Assembly: GCA_050253415.1 (NCBI GenBank)
Contig: JBFWJC010000004.1
Location: 128,001 to 192,000, forward strand
Reading direction: 5' to 3'
Source: Pedobacter sp.
Lineage (GTDB): Bacteria > Desulfobacterota > Desulfuromonadia > Desulfuromonadales > Syntrophotaleaceae
DNA length: 64,000 nt
Part shown: positions 44,613 to 53,140 of the stretch, piece after piece
How positions within the stretch are numbered: the first letter of the stretch is position 1
Layout: each line of letters starts with the position of its first letter
The notes under the pieces: generated by a model
Database searches by the model: none
Told to the model about the DNA's origin: nothing
What the model saw: only the letters and a program-made list of their open reading frames with translations
Made by a program: the position numbers and the translations under genes

Positions 44613-45740
44613 ATGAAAAAACGTATTTTTCTGACCTTGGCCCTCCTCCTCCTGCTGACCGGCATACTGGCGGGAATCAAAGTACTGCAGATTCGCCATA
44701 TGATGGAACAAGGGGCCCTATATACCCCCCCGCCCGTCAAAGTAACCGCGACCGCTGTACAAAAGAACACCTGGGAAACATTGCTCAGCGCTGTCGGCTC
44801 CCTTGAGGCGGTGCAGGGCGTTACCATAGCGGCGGACCTTGCGGGCAAAGTTACCCGTGTCGCCTTTCAATCGGGGGACAAGGTCAGCAAGGGCGATCTG
44901 CTCATCCAGCTCGATACATCCTCGGAGCGGGCCCTGTTGCCTGGTGCCGAAGCCGCAGTAACGCTCGCCCGGCTTAATCTGCAACGGGCTGACCAGTTGC
45001 TGGCCGAACGTATCATCTCCCCGGCGGAACACGATCAGGCGGTGGCTGACTTCCGTCAAGCCAAGGCTCAAGCCGATACCATTCGCGCCACCATAGGCAA
45101 AAAAACCATCCGTGCGCCGTTTGCCGGACGCATCGGTATCCGACAGGTTGATCTTGGGCAGATGTTGATCGAAGGGCAGACCATCGTCTCCCTGCAGCAA
45201 CTCGATCCCATCTATGTGAATTTCTTGTTGCCCCAACAGCAAATTGACAAGTTGCGTAGAGATCTTCCGGTCCGAGTGACCAACGATGCATCCGGACAAA
45301 CGATCGAGGGGCGCATCACTGCTATCAATCCCGAAGTCGACAGCGCCACGCGCAACATACGCATCCAGGCCACCCTGGCCAACCCTGACGAAAAACTGCG
45401 TCCCGGCATGTTCGTCAATGTCGCGGTGGTCCTGCCGGCAACCGAAGAAGTACTGACCATCCCCGGAACGTCGGTACTTTACGCTCCTTATAGTGACTCG
45501 GTGTTTGTCATCGATGAACAAAAGGATGAACAAAGTAGCGAAACACGCCAAGTATTGCGTCAGCAACTGGTACGCCTCGGTACTAAAAAAGGTGATTTCG
45601 TCGCAGTGGAATCAGGGCTGGAAGAAGGACAGCTGGTCGTGAGCACCGGTGTCTTCAAACTTCGCAACGGACAGGCGGCCATCGTCGACAACAGTCTCGC
45701 ACCGCCGTTTCAGACAGCTCCCACACCGGAAAACAACTAA
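44613..45740 (+). CDS. RND efflux periplasmic adaptor (MFP)
   Basis: N-terminal TM anchor, IRAPFAGRIG and LRPGMF motifs; upstream of the RND permease. Confidence 0.92.
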   Translation: MKKRIFLTLALLLLLTGILAGIKVLQIRHMMEQGALYTPPPVKVTATAVQKNTWETLLSAVGSLEAVQGVTIAADLAGKVTRVAFQSGDKVSKGDLLIQLDTSSERALLPGAEAAVTLARLNLQRADQLLAERIISPAEHDQAVADFRQAKAQADTIRATIGKKTIRAPFAGRIGIRQVDLGQMLIEGQTIVSLQQLDPIYVNFLLPQQQIDKLRRDLPVRVTNDASGQTIEGRITAINPEVDSATRNIRIQATLANPDEKLRPGMFVNVAVVLPATEEVLTIPGTSVLYAPYSDSVFVIDEQKDEQSSETRQVLRQQLVRLGTKKGDFVAVESGLEEGQLVVSTGVFKLRNGQAAIVDNSLAPPFQTAPTPENN

Positions 45741-45782
45741 GAGAGAAGCCGTCGCTACTCCCTGTCGAGGTTTGAGCGTATC

Positions 45783-48700
45783 ATGAAATTTACCGATCTT
45801 TTCATTCGCCGACCGGTTCTGGCCCTGGTGGTCAGTCTGGTCATCACCATCGCCGGACTGCAAGCTATCCGCAGCCTCAATGTACGCCAGTATCCACGCA
45901 GTGAAAATGCCGCGGTTACCGTCACCACCGCCTATGTAGGGGCGAGCGCCGATCTGGTGCGCGGTTTTATAACCACCCCCCTGGAGCGGGCTATTGCCGC
46001 AGCCGATGGTATCGACTATATCGAATCCCAGAGCGCAAAAGGCATATCGACCATCAAGATACGCCTGAAACTCAACTACGACTCAACCAAGGCTTTATCC
46101 GAGATCAGCTCCAAGGTCGACCAGGTGCGCAACGACTTGCCACCCGAAGCCGAAGTGCCGATCATCAATATCGAATCTGCCGACAGCGAATTCGCTTCAG
46201 CCTACCTGAGCTTTTCCTCCGATGTGCTGCTGCAAAACCAGATCACCGATTATCTGATGCGGGTGGTGCAGCCACGCCTGTCAGCGGTCGAAGGGGTACA
46301 ACGCGCCGACATCCTCGGTGCCCGTACTTTTGCCATGCGCATCTGGCTTAAGCCCGAGCGTATGGCTGCGTTCAATGTCACCCCCATCCAGGTGCGTCAG
46401 GCTTTGGCAGCCAACAACTACCTTTCCGCGGTGGGGCAGACCAAAGGTGCGCTGCTCCAGGTCAATCTGACCGCCAATACCAACCTGCAGACCGTCGACG
46501 AATTCCGCAAACTGGTTATCCGCCAACAGGGCGGCGCCATGGTACGGCTTGCCGATATCGCCGATGTCGTACTGGGAGCCGAAGATTACGACACCGAGGT
46601 ACGATTTTCCGGTCAGACAGCGGTATTCATGGGGATCTGGACTCTGCCCAACGCCAACTCGCTGGATGTCATCCGCCGCATCCGTACGGAAATGGAAAGC
46701 ATCCGCAAAGATCTGCCGGAGGGCCTTGAAGGCCAGGTTGCCTACGATGCCACGGACTATATCAATAACGCCATTCACGAAGTCATAAAAACCCTCGGTG
46801 ATACTCTGATCATCGTGGTGATCGTCATTTTCCTGTTCCTTGGCTCTCTGCGCTCGGTACTGGTGCCGGTCGTGGCCATCCCGCTGTCGCTCATCGGCGC
46901 AGTGTTCCTGATGCAGACTTTCGGTTTTACCGTCAACCTGCTTACCCTGCTAGCCATCGTGTTGTCGGTGGGACTTGTCGTGGATGACGCCATCGTGGTG
47001 GTGGAAAACGTCGAACGCCATCTGCGGGAAGGGCAGACACCTCTGCAGGCGGCAATCCTCGGGGCGAGGGAGCTGGTCGGGCCGATCATCGCCATGACCG
47101 TTACCCTTGCGGCTGTTTACGCCCCCATAGGCCTGCAGGGGGGGCTCACCGGCGCCTTGTTTCGCGAGTTCGCCTTCACCCTGGCCGGTGCCGTCACCAT
47201 CTCCGGTATTGTGGCTCTGACCCTGTCGCCCATGATGTCCGCCCAGTTGCTACGCGCCGACATTGAAGAGCATGGTCTGGCTGCGCGCATCGCCCGTACC
47301 TTCGACCGCTTACGCAACCTTTATGCCCGACTGCTGGACGCTACCTTGCGCATGCGGCCGGCGATCTATACCGCATGGATCGTGATCGGATTGCTGAGCA
47401 TTCCGATGTTCATGATGTCACCGGTGGAACTGGCACCGTCCGAGGACCAGGGGGTTATCTTCGGCATCCTCGATGCGTCGGCCAACGCCACCCTCGACCA
47501 GACCAGTCGGGATGCGGCTGTCGCCAATGAGATCTTTTTCAGCGCTCCCGAGACTCAATTCACCTTCCAGATTACCAACCCGTCAGCCGGGTTTGGCGGA
47601 CTGGTCACCAAACCATGGGGAGAACGCGAACGCACCGTATTTGAGATTCTTCCCGAGATTCACCAGAAACTGCAGGATATCCCCGGCATCCGCATGTTCC
47701 CGGTCACACCTCCGGCCTTGCCCGGCGGTGGCCAGTTCCCGGTGGAATTCGTCATCGCCTCCACTGCCGAGACCGAGCGCATCCTGGAGTTCACCCAACA
47801 ACTGCAGCTCAAAGCCATCCAGAGCGGCATGTTCGCCTTTCCGCCGCTCATCGATGTGAAGATCGATAAGCCTGAAACGGAATTTGTGATCGATCGCGAC
47901 AAGGTCGCCATGCTCGGCCTGGACCTTTCCCAGGTTGGTGCCGACCTCGGCGCCATGGTCAGTGGCAACTTTGTCAATCGCTTCGACATCTCCGGCCGCA
48001 GCTATAAGGTTATCCCGCAGATCCAACGCACCGGTCGCCTTAATCCCGAGCAGCTGCAAAACATTTACGTCACCGGCCCCGACAGCCAACTGGTCCCGCT
48101 CAGTACCATCGCCAGCCTGCGTGACAGTACCGTACCGCGCTCCTTAAACCGATTTCAGCAGCTCAATGCAGTCAAGCTAAGTGGCGTTTCCGTACGCCCC
48201 CTGGATGAAGCATTGACCTTCCTTGAAACCGAGGCGGCGAAGATTCTACCCGACGGCTACACCATCGATTACACGGGTGAATCACGCCAGCTGCGCTCCG
48301 AGGGTAACCGCTTTTTGCCGGCCTTTGGACTGGCTGTCATCCTCATTTTCCTGGTGCTTGCCGCGCAGTTCAACAGCTTCCGCGACCCCTTTGTCATTCT
48401 GTTCGGCTCCGTCCCCCTGGCCATGTTCGGCGCAATGATCTTCACCTTTTTGAAGATGCCCGACCCCAACGTGCCCTTCTGGACCAATGGCTGGACCACC
48501 ACCCTCAACATCTATTCGCAGGTCGGGCTTGTCACACTTGTCGGACTGGTCGCTAAAAACGGCATTCTTATCGTCGAGTTTTCCAATCAGCTGCAACTTC
48601 AGGGACACACCAAGCTTGCAGCTGTGCGTCAGGCTTCCCTCACCCGCCTGCGTCCGATCCTGATGACTTCGGTCGCCACTATCGCCGGTCATTTTCCTCT

Positions 48701-48875
48701 GACCCTGGTTACTGGCGCCGGTGCGGCGGCCCGTAATTCCATTGGTCTGGTACTGGTTGGCGGCATGTTCGTCGGCACCCTGTTTACCCTGTTCATCGTA
48801 CCATCCATCTACATGCTGGTGGCCCGCGATCACGCCAAGGATCTTAAACGCCGGGAGGCCGTCGCCGAAGTTTGA
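45783..48875 (+). CDS. RND efflux permease (AcrB/MexI/MexW-like)
   Basis: FIRRPV, GLVVDDAIVVVEN, KNGILIVEF and RLRPILMT motifs. Confidence 0.95.
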   Translation: MKFTDLFIRRPVLALVVSLVITIAGLQAIRSLNVRQYPRSENAAVTVTTAYVGASADLVRGFITTPLERAIAAADGIDYIESQSAKGISTIKIRLKLNYDSTKALSEISSKVDQVRNDLPPEAEVPIINIESADSEFASAYLSFSSDVLLQNQITDYLMRVVQPRLSAVEGVQRADILGARTFAMRIWLKPERMAAFNVTPIQVRQALAANNYLSAVGQTKGALLQVNLTANTNLQTVDEFRKLVIRQQGGAMVRLADIADVVLGAEDYDTEVRFSGQTAVFMGIWTLPNANSLDVIRRIRTEMESIRKDLPEGLEGQVAYDATDYINNAIHEVIKTLGDTLIIVVIVIFLFLGSLRSVLVPVVAIPLSLIGAVFLMQTFGFTVNLLTLLAIVLSVGLVVDDAIVVVENVERHLREGQTPLQAAILGARELVGPIIAMTVTLAAVYAPIGLQGGLTGALFREFAFTLAGAVTISGIVALTLSPMMSAQLLRADIEEHGLAARIARTFDRLRNLYARLLDATLRMRPAIYTAWIVIGLLSIPMFMMSPVELAPSEDQGVIFGILDASANATLDQTSRDAAVANEIFFSAPETQFTFQITNPSAGFGGLVTKPWGERERTVFEILPEIHQKLQDIPGIRMFPVTPPALPGGGQFPVEFVIASTAETERILEFTQQLQLKAIQSGMFAFPPLIDVKIDKPETEFVIDRDKVAMLGLDLSQVGADLGAMVSGNFVNRFDISGRSYKVIPQIQRTGRLNPEQLQNIYVTGPDSQLVPLSTIASLRDSTVPRSLNRFQQLNAVKLSGVSVRPLDEALTFLETEAAKILPDGYTIDYTGESRQLRSEGNRFLPAFGLAVILIFLVLAAQFNSFRDPFVILFGSVPLAMFGAMIFTFLKMPDPNVPFWTNGWTTTLNIYSQVGLVTLVGLVAKNGILIVEFSNQLQLQGHTKLAAVRQASLTRLRPILMTSVATIAGHFPLTLVTGAGAAARNSIGLVLVGGMFVGTLFTLFIVPSIYMLVARDHAKDLKRREAVAEV

Positions 48876-49382
48876 TCTTTTGTCCGGGGCCGCGCCTGCG
48901 GCCCCGGGACCCGACTCAAACATTCCCCCTTGCCCGCCTTTTTTCCGGCCCGGAAAATAATCAACACGCACACGTATCCGCCAGCTTTTTTCTCAACACT
49001 CGGTGCAGTGCTATCCAAATGCCGGCACTTTTCACCTACCCAAGTTATGTCGTTTCCGGTTATCGGCTGCGTTAATGATTGATGTCGCCTCGCTGCCCCC
49101 TATTATCATCAACAGGCTTATGATGGCATACACCATGAACGGTAGCATTGCAAAGCTCGGAGATAACATGGCTACCCCAAGAAAATGTCTGCGGGGATCA
49201 ACATCCTTATACGGCAAGAGAAGACGTATGAATTAATCGGAAAGAAAGGGATAAGGGAGGGTATAAACGATGGATTAAACACCGCTCGAAAAAACCGCTC
49301 GATTAAACAGAGCGGTTATCCCAAGTCGGCAGGCGACATGAAAATAGTAAAAAAACCCATTCAAAATCGCCATCAGTGCCTG

Positions 49383-49559
49383 CTACTCTTCAAGAGAAAT
49401 AGCGTCATGGGGACAAGCCGGAATACAAATCCCATCCAAATCGCATTTCTCATGATCGATGACGGCTTTGCCATCCTGCAGCGTAATGGCCCCCACGGGA
49501 CAAGCTTTGACACAATTGCCTGAACCGCTACAAAGAGTTTTGTCGATAGTAATTTTCAT
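49383..49559 (-). CDS. Small dicluster-type ferredoxin (58 aa) with non-canonical ligands; absent from the ORF track
   Basis: Manual translation: MKITIDKTLCSGSGNCVKACPVGAITLQDGKAVIDHEKCDLDGICIPACPHDAISLEE*. GGAG RBS 7 nt upstream of the ATG. Confidence 0.88.
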   Translation of the reverse strand: MKITIDKTLCSGSGNCVKACPVGAITLQDGKAVIDHEKCDLDGICIPACPHDAISLEE

Positions 49560-49856
49560 AGAAATACTCCGTAATGTTGCGTGACTTGCCAGCTATCCTA
49601 AAAGATGTAAATCAAACGGTCAATGGGGATTATAGGGAGGGCGCCCCCTGAGACATTCTACAGGCACATGCCGGGCTGTAAAAAACACCGCGAAACAGCG
49701 CTTTCAGGATAAAAGAATCAGGTCCGGACAGGCCTGGACAGGCAAACGATGCCTCGGCAAGGGAAAATTCATCGCCTCTCTTCGTAAATAATAATTGACA
49801 ATTTTCCAGCCATTGATAATCTGCTCTAAATTAAAACATTGTCTTTATTCAGAAAA

Positions 49857-50153
49857 ATGAAAGTAATATCTATGATACGCAGCGACACGGTTATTTCCCT
49901 GAGCCAGGATGCGACCTACCAGGATATGGGAGAAAATGAACCGGCGGTTATTTTGCAGCTTAGCACCGGAAGGCTCTTTACCTGCAACCTGACCACACGC
50001 TGCTTCCTTGATCTTTTGTCTGGTCCATGTTCCTTGGGCGACGCTGTCGATCAACTACTTAAAACGTTTGATGTGCCGCGTGAAAAACTGGAACGGGATC
50101 TCATAAAACTGGCAGGACAGCTTCTGGCCGCCGGTCTGATACAGCTTAACTGA
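49857..50153 (+). CDS. PqqD-family RiPP recognition element (lasso B1-like)
   Basis: ~95 aa; pattern AVILQLSTGRLFTCN...FLDLL...LLKTFDVPREKLERDL..LAGQLLAAGLI matches the PqqD/RRE family. Overlaps the next gene by one base (TGATG). Confidence 0.85.
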   Translation: MKVISMIRSDTVISLSQDATYQDMGENEPAVILQLSTGRLFTCNLTTRCFLDLLSGPCSLGDAVDQLLKTFDVPREKLERDLIKLAGQLLAAGLIQLN

Positions 50154-50596
50154 TGCTTCCATGGATATTGCGGATACATATCCGCCTTGTTACCCTGGTT
50201 ATTCCTTTGCTGGACCGAATGCTCCCAACCCCGCGTCTGGTGCGCCTGCTGGCAAAACATGACCTGTGGCACCCTTATCGGGGCATTCCGGCCGACACGA
50301 TCACAAAATATGTCCATACCGCCCTGCGCAAGCCCCGTTGGATGAAGCGTCGGGCCTGCTATCGACTCGGGCTGACCATGAGCCACTTCCTGCACCTGGC
50401 CGGGAAACCAGTCGTACTGCACTTTGCCATTGCCCCACCCAGCTGCGATGCCATGCGACTGCACGGGCACTGCTGGGTCACCCTTGACGACCGAGCCATC
50501 ACCGCTCCGCCTGAACCTTCAACCGGCATGCGAACCTTTGTCCGGTTCAATATGGGCAGTGGCAGCCCATTTACCGCAAATCCAAAACAACCGTAG
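50153..50596 (+). CDS. Lasso peptide B2-type leader peptidase (transglutaminase-like Cys protease)
   Basis: ACYRLGL (catalytic Cys) and HGHCWV (cf. AHAW) motifs, 147 aa, directly after the RRE gene. Confidence 0.82.
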   Translation: MLPWILRIHIRLVTLVIPLLDRMLPTPRLVRLLAKHDLWHPYRGIPADTITKYVHTALRKPRWMKRRACYRLGLTMSHFLHLAGKPVVLHFAIAPPSCDAMRLHGHCWVTLDDRAITAPPEPSTGMRTFVRFNMGSGSPFTANPKQP

Positions 50597-50650
50597 CAGC
50601 CACAAATTTTGTGCGCATACCCTAGCCCCTTACATCACAGGAGTCAGCCC

Positions 50651-50764
50651 ATGGAGAGCACACCCCAGGAATACCAGGAACCGACCTTGGAAGAGCAGGA
50701 AACCCTGCAGGAAATTACCGAAGGCGTCGCGATGGTGGTTTCCGGAGCCCCGGACCCGACCTAG
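50651..50764 (+). CDS. RiPP precursor peptide with lasso-type leader (37 aa); absent from the ORF track
   Basis: MESTPQEYQEPTLEEQETLQEITEGVAMVVSGAPDPT*. AGGAG RBS, YxxPxL motif and Thr at -2 before Gly. Confidence 0.85.
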   Translation: MESTPQEYQEPTLEEQETLQEITEGVAMVVSGAPDPT

Positions 50765-50814
50765 AAGACGTGCTTTATGACGATCACGTACCCACCCGGA
50801 GCAAAAGTGCTCCC

Positions 50815-50940
50815 ATGAGCAGCTAACAGAACTATCAGGAACTGTTTATGGGAGAGCTGGTAATTACCGGCGGCACTGCTCCGGCAGCATCGAATCGGCC
50901 TGAAACCTTTTCATCTGTAAAATGCCGGTATCCACGGTAA
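50815..50940 (+). pseudogene. Degenerate second precursor copy
   Basis: MSS*QNYQELFMGELVITGGTAPAASNRPETFSSVKCRYPR*. Aligns at codon level with the precursor leader; in-frame TAA at 50824. Confidence 0.55.
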
Positions 50941-51035
50941 CGCTTTTCAGAACACCCTCTTGTTGAGGCCGATTCACACCGGAACTTCCCGCTCCCCAGA
51001 AGTAATGTCCATCCATCCCCGGCCCGGATGTAACA

Positions 51036-52085
51036 ATGCCATCCGGATCGGGTTTGGTTTTAACGGAACAGCCCCCTTTGCGCTACTACGACATTCACAA
51101 TCTGTCACTGCGAGTTGAATCCGAGGATCAGGGACTTTTTTCAGCCATGGAGTCTCTGACAGCCGGTTTTTTCAGCCTGCCTGCATCTCCCCCTACGGAT
51201 AACAGTTTCATCCTGCGGGGACAAAGCGTTGTCGGCAGGGAAGAATTGCCTCTTCCCGACGAGCGCAGCTATCCCCTTTCGTTTGCCGGGACACCGGATA
51301 TCGGCCTGCCGATCAGACTATTGGTAAAACCACCGCACGAGCGCGTCTGGTTGCAACGGGATACCACCGTAACCCGCTGTGATTTGGGAAGACGCCAGGC
51401 GGAAGCCGTCGTCGTCCAGGGCCACTGGCCTTCATGGGGCTTCCAGACTCTGATCCCGCTGTTGGCGGAAGCGCTTGGCCGGCAGGACATGTTTCTGCTG
51501 CACGCTGGGGCGAATCTGTGGCCCGACGGTCGTTCATGTGTGCTGTTTTTCGGTGCCAGCGGCACCGGTAAGACCACGACGGTTCTGTCCCTGGCCTGCC
51601 AGGGCTGGTCACTACTCTGCGATGACGCAGGTTTTCTTACCACCCAGCAAGGCCAGCCCAGTCTGTGGGGACTGCCGCGAGCGAGCAAGGTTCACCATCA
51701 AACATTTCAACTGCTGCCATCCCTGTCTAAAATACCCCGCAAGGCCATTGCCGGCAGCGAGGAATGTCTGGTCAGCTTTCGTGATCTACCACATGTGTCC
51801 CCCCGAGAACGCATCCCGGTTCGCGCTATTTTTCTTCTGCAACCGCGCAACACAATACAGCACTTCTGCAGTCCTCTCACCGCAACGACCGTGTTGCCAC
51901 GCCTGATTCAAGGAAATATGAGGGTTATCGACCCCAACGCAACAGATAATGCCGGGAGGATGTTTAAAACTCTGAGCATCTTGTGCAAAACAACCCCTTG
52001 TTACAGTCTTTCCGTTGGGCCGGACCTAACGACCCTGCCAGCAGTCATACAAGCCTTGCCTGCGTCGAAGTTCTCCGCATGTTGA
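51036..52085 (+). CDS. HPr-kinase-like P-loop kinase (RiPP-cluster type)
   Basis: FLLHAGA, Walker A GASGTGKTT and LLCDD motifs. Confidence 0.82.
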   Translation: MPSGSGLVLTEQPPLRYYDIHNLSLRVESEDQGLFSAMESLTAGFFSLPASPPTDNSFILRGQSVVGREELPLPDERSYPLSFAGTPDIGLPIRLLVKPPHERVWLQRDTTVTRCDLGRRQAEAVVVQGHWPSWGFQTLIPLLAEALGRQDMFLLHAGANLWPDGRSCVLFFGASGTGKTTTVLSLACQGWSLLCDDAGFLTTQQGQPSLWGLPRASKVHHQTFQLLPSLSKIPRKAIAGSEECLVSFRDLPHVSPRERIPVRAIFLLQPRNTIQHFCSPLTATTVLPRLIQGNMRVIDPNATDNAGRMFKTLSILCKTTPCYSLSVGPDLTTLPAVIQALPASKFSAC

Positions 52086-53140
52086 GCCCGATGGACAGCT
52101 TATTCCTGGCCTTGTGCGACCCTGAAAGCATCGGCCCATCGTCAAACTGCAGGTTTTCAACGCAAGACCTGATACCGGCAGAATTGTGCCGAAAGGCCAC
52201 CTTTCACGGGGTTCACGGCCTGCTGCTGGCTAACCTGCAAAATCCAGCTTGGCAAGATAGCGCATCCAGAGAATGGTACGAGGCCATGCAGAAAGAGCTG
52301 ACGCCCATTGTCCGTGCTGACAGGGCGCGCGGTTTGGCACTGCGAGCCCAGGGAGAACGCATTTTACAGGTTTTGCGCGCCAGCAATATCCCGGTGCAAT
52401 TGATCAAAGGCGCGGATTTTGCGGACCATCTCTATCCTCGACCTGAATTGCGCAGTTTTACGGACATCGATCTGTTGGTTCGCCCGGAAGATTTCCAATC
52501 CGCACAAGACCTGTTACTTGAATGGGGTTGCCAACAACACCACACCGGCACGCTGAAACATGCGGCAACTTACGGTGAAACGGCCTTTACCAGCAAGGTT
52601 GCCGGCATGCAGCTGCGCGTGGAACTGCACTGGAACCTGGTAAACTCGCCTGCGTTACAAAAAGCCATGAGCGTCACTTTGAACGACCTGCTGGATGAGC
52701 ACGGGACATTGCGCCATGAAGGTCGTCTTCTGCTCGCCGCCATACATGCCGGCACCGGACATCAGTTCGATCGTCTGAAATTCCTCCTCGATCTACGGCA
52801 GATTTTTCGTCGTCTCAGTAAACAGTCCAATCTGCCATGGCTTTCCGAACGAATTACCCGAACCGGCTGTCGGCAGGTGATGGCAACGGCCTGCTGGCTG
52901 GTAGAAAATCTTTTTCAATGCAACGATGCACGCCAGTCAAGACTCCATCTCGGGATAAAGCACCCAGCCCTTCTCTGGAGGTGGATTCTGTCCCCGGGGT
53001 TGGTACTACGAGCCCACCAGCCGAACATAGCTGACGCCTTGCGTAAAAATCTCTACCGACAGCACCTTAAAAATGATCCAGTTGGCCCACCCCCCATGTC
53101 TGCGGACACTGAGCCCGCCAAACAACGAGGACCGTTGTGA
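52079..53140 (+). CDS. Nucleotidyltransferase family protein (lasso-cluster-associated type)
   Basis: LIKG...LYP..ELRSFTDIDLLV, VELHW and LLDL motifs. Overlaps both the kinase and radical SAM genes. Confidence 0.82.
   Translation: MLSPMDSLFLALCDPESIGPSSNCRFSTQDLIPAELCRKATFHGVHGLLLANLQNPAWQDSASREWYEAMQKELTPIVRADRARGLALRAQGERILQVLRASNIPVQLIKGADFADHLYPRPELRSFTDIDLLVRPEDFQSAQDLLLEWGCQQHHTGTLKHAATYGETAFTSKVAGMQLRVELHWNLVNSPALQKAMSVTLNDLLDEHGTLRHEGRLLLAAIHAGTGHQFDRLKFLLDLRQIFRRLSKQSNLPWLSERITRTGCRQVMATACWLVENLFQCNDARQSRLHLGIKHPALLWRWILSPGLVLRAHQPNIADALRKNLYRQHLKNDPVGPPPMSADTEPAKQRGPL

Noticed and set aside
49032..49217. 61-aa minus-strand ORF with a hydrophobic stretch
   Set aside because: No clear RBS or family motif; cannot be supported from sequence alone.
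49185..49523. 112-aa plus-strand ORF
   Set aside because: Overlaps the better-supported ferredoxin on the opposite strand.
49715..49780. TCAGGTCCGGA resembling SRP RNA, and GGCAAAC resembling a c-di-GMP-I riboswitch
   Set aside because: The continuations (AGGAAGCAGC for SRP RNA; GAAA loop and GCAAA for the riboswitch) are absent.
50424..50780. 118-aa ORF-track call across the precursor region
   Set aside because: Out of frame with both the peptidase and the 37-aa precursor, and the precursor has an RBS and diagnostic leader motifs.
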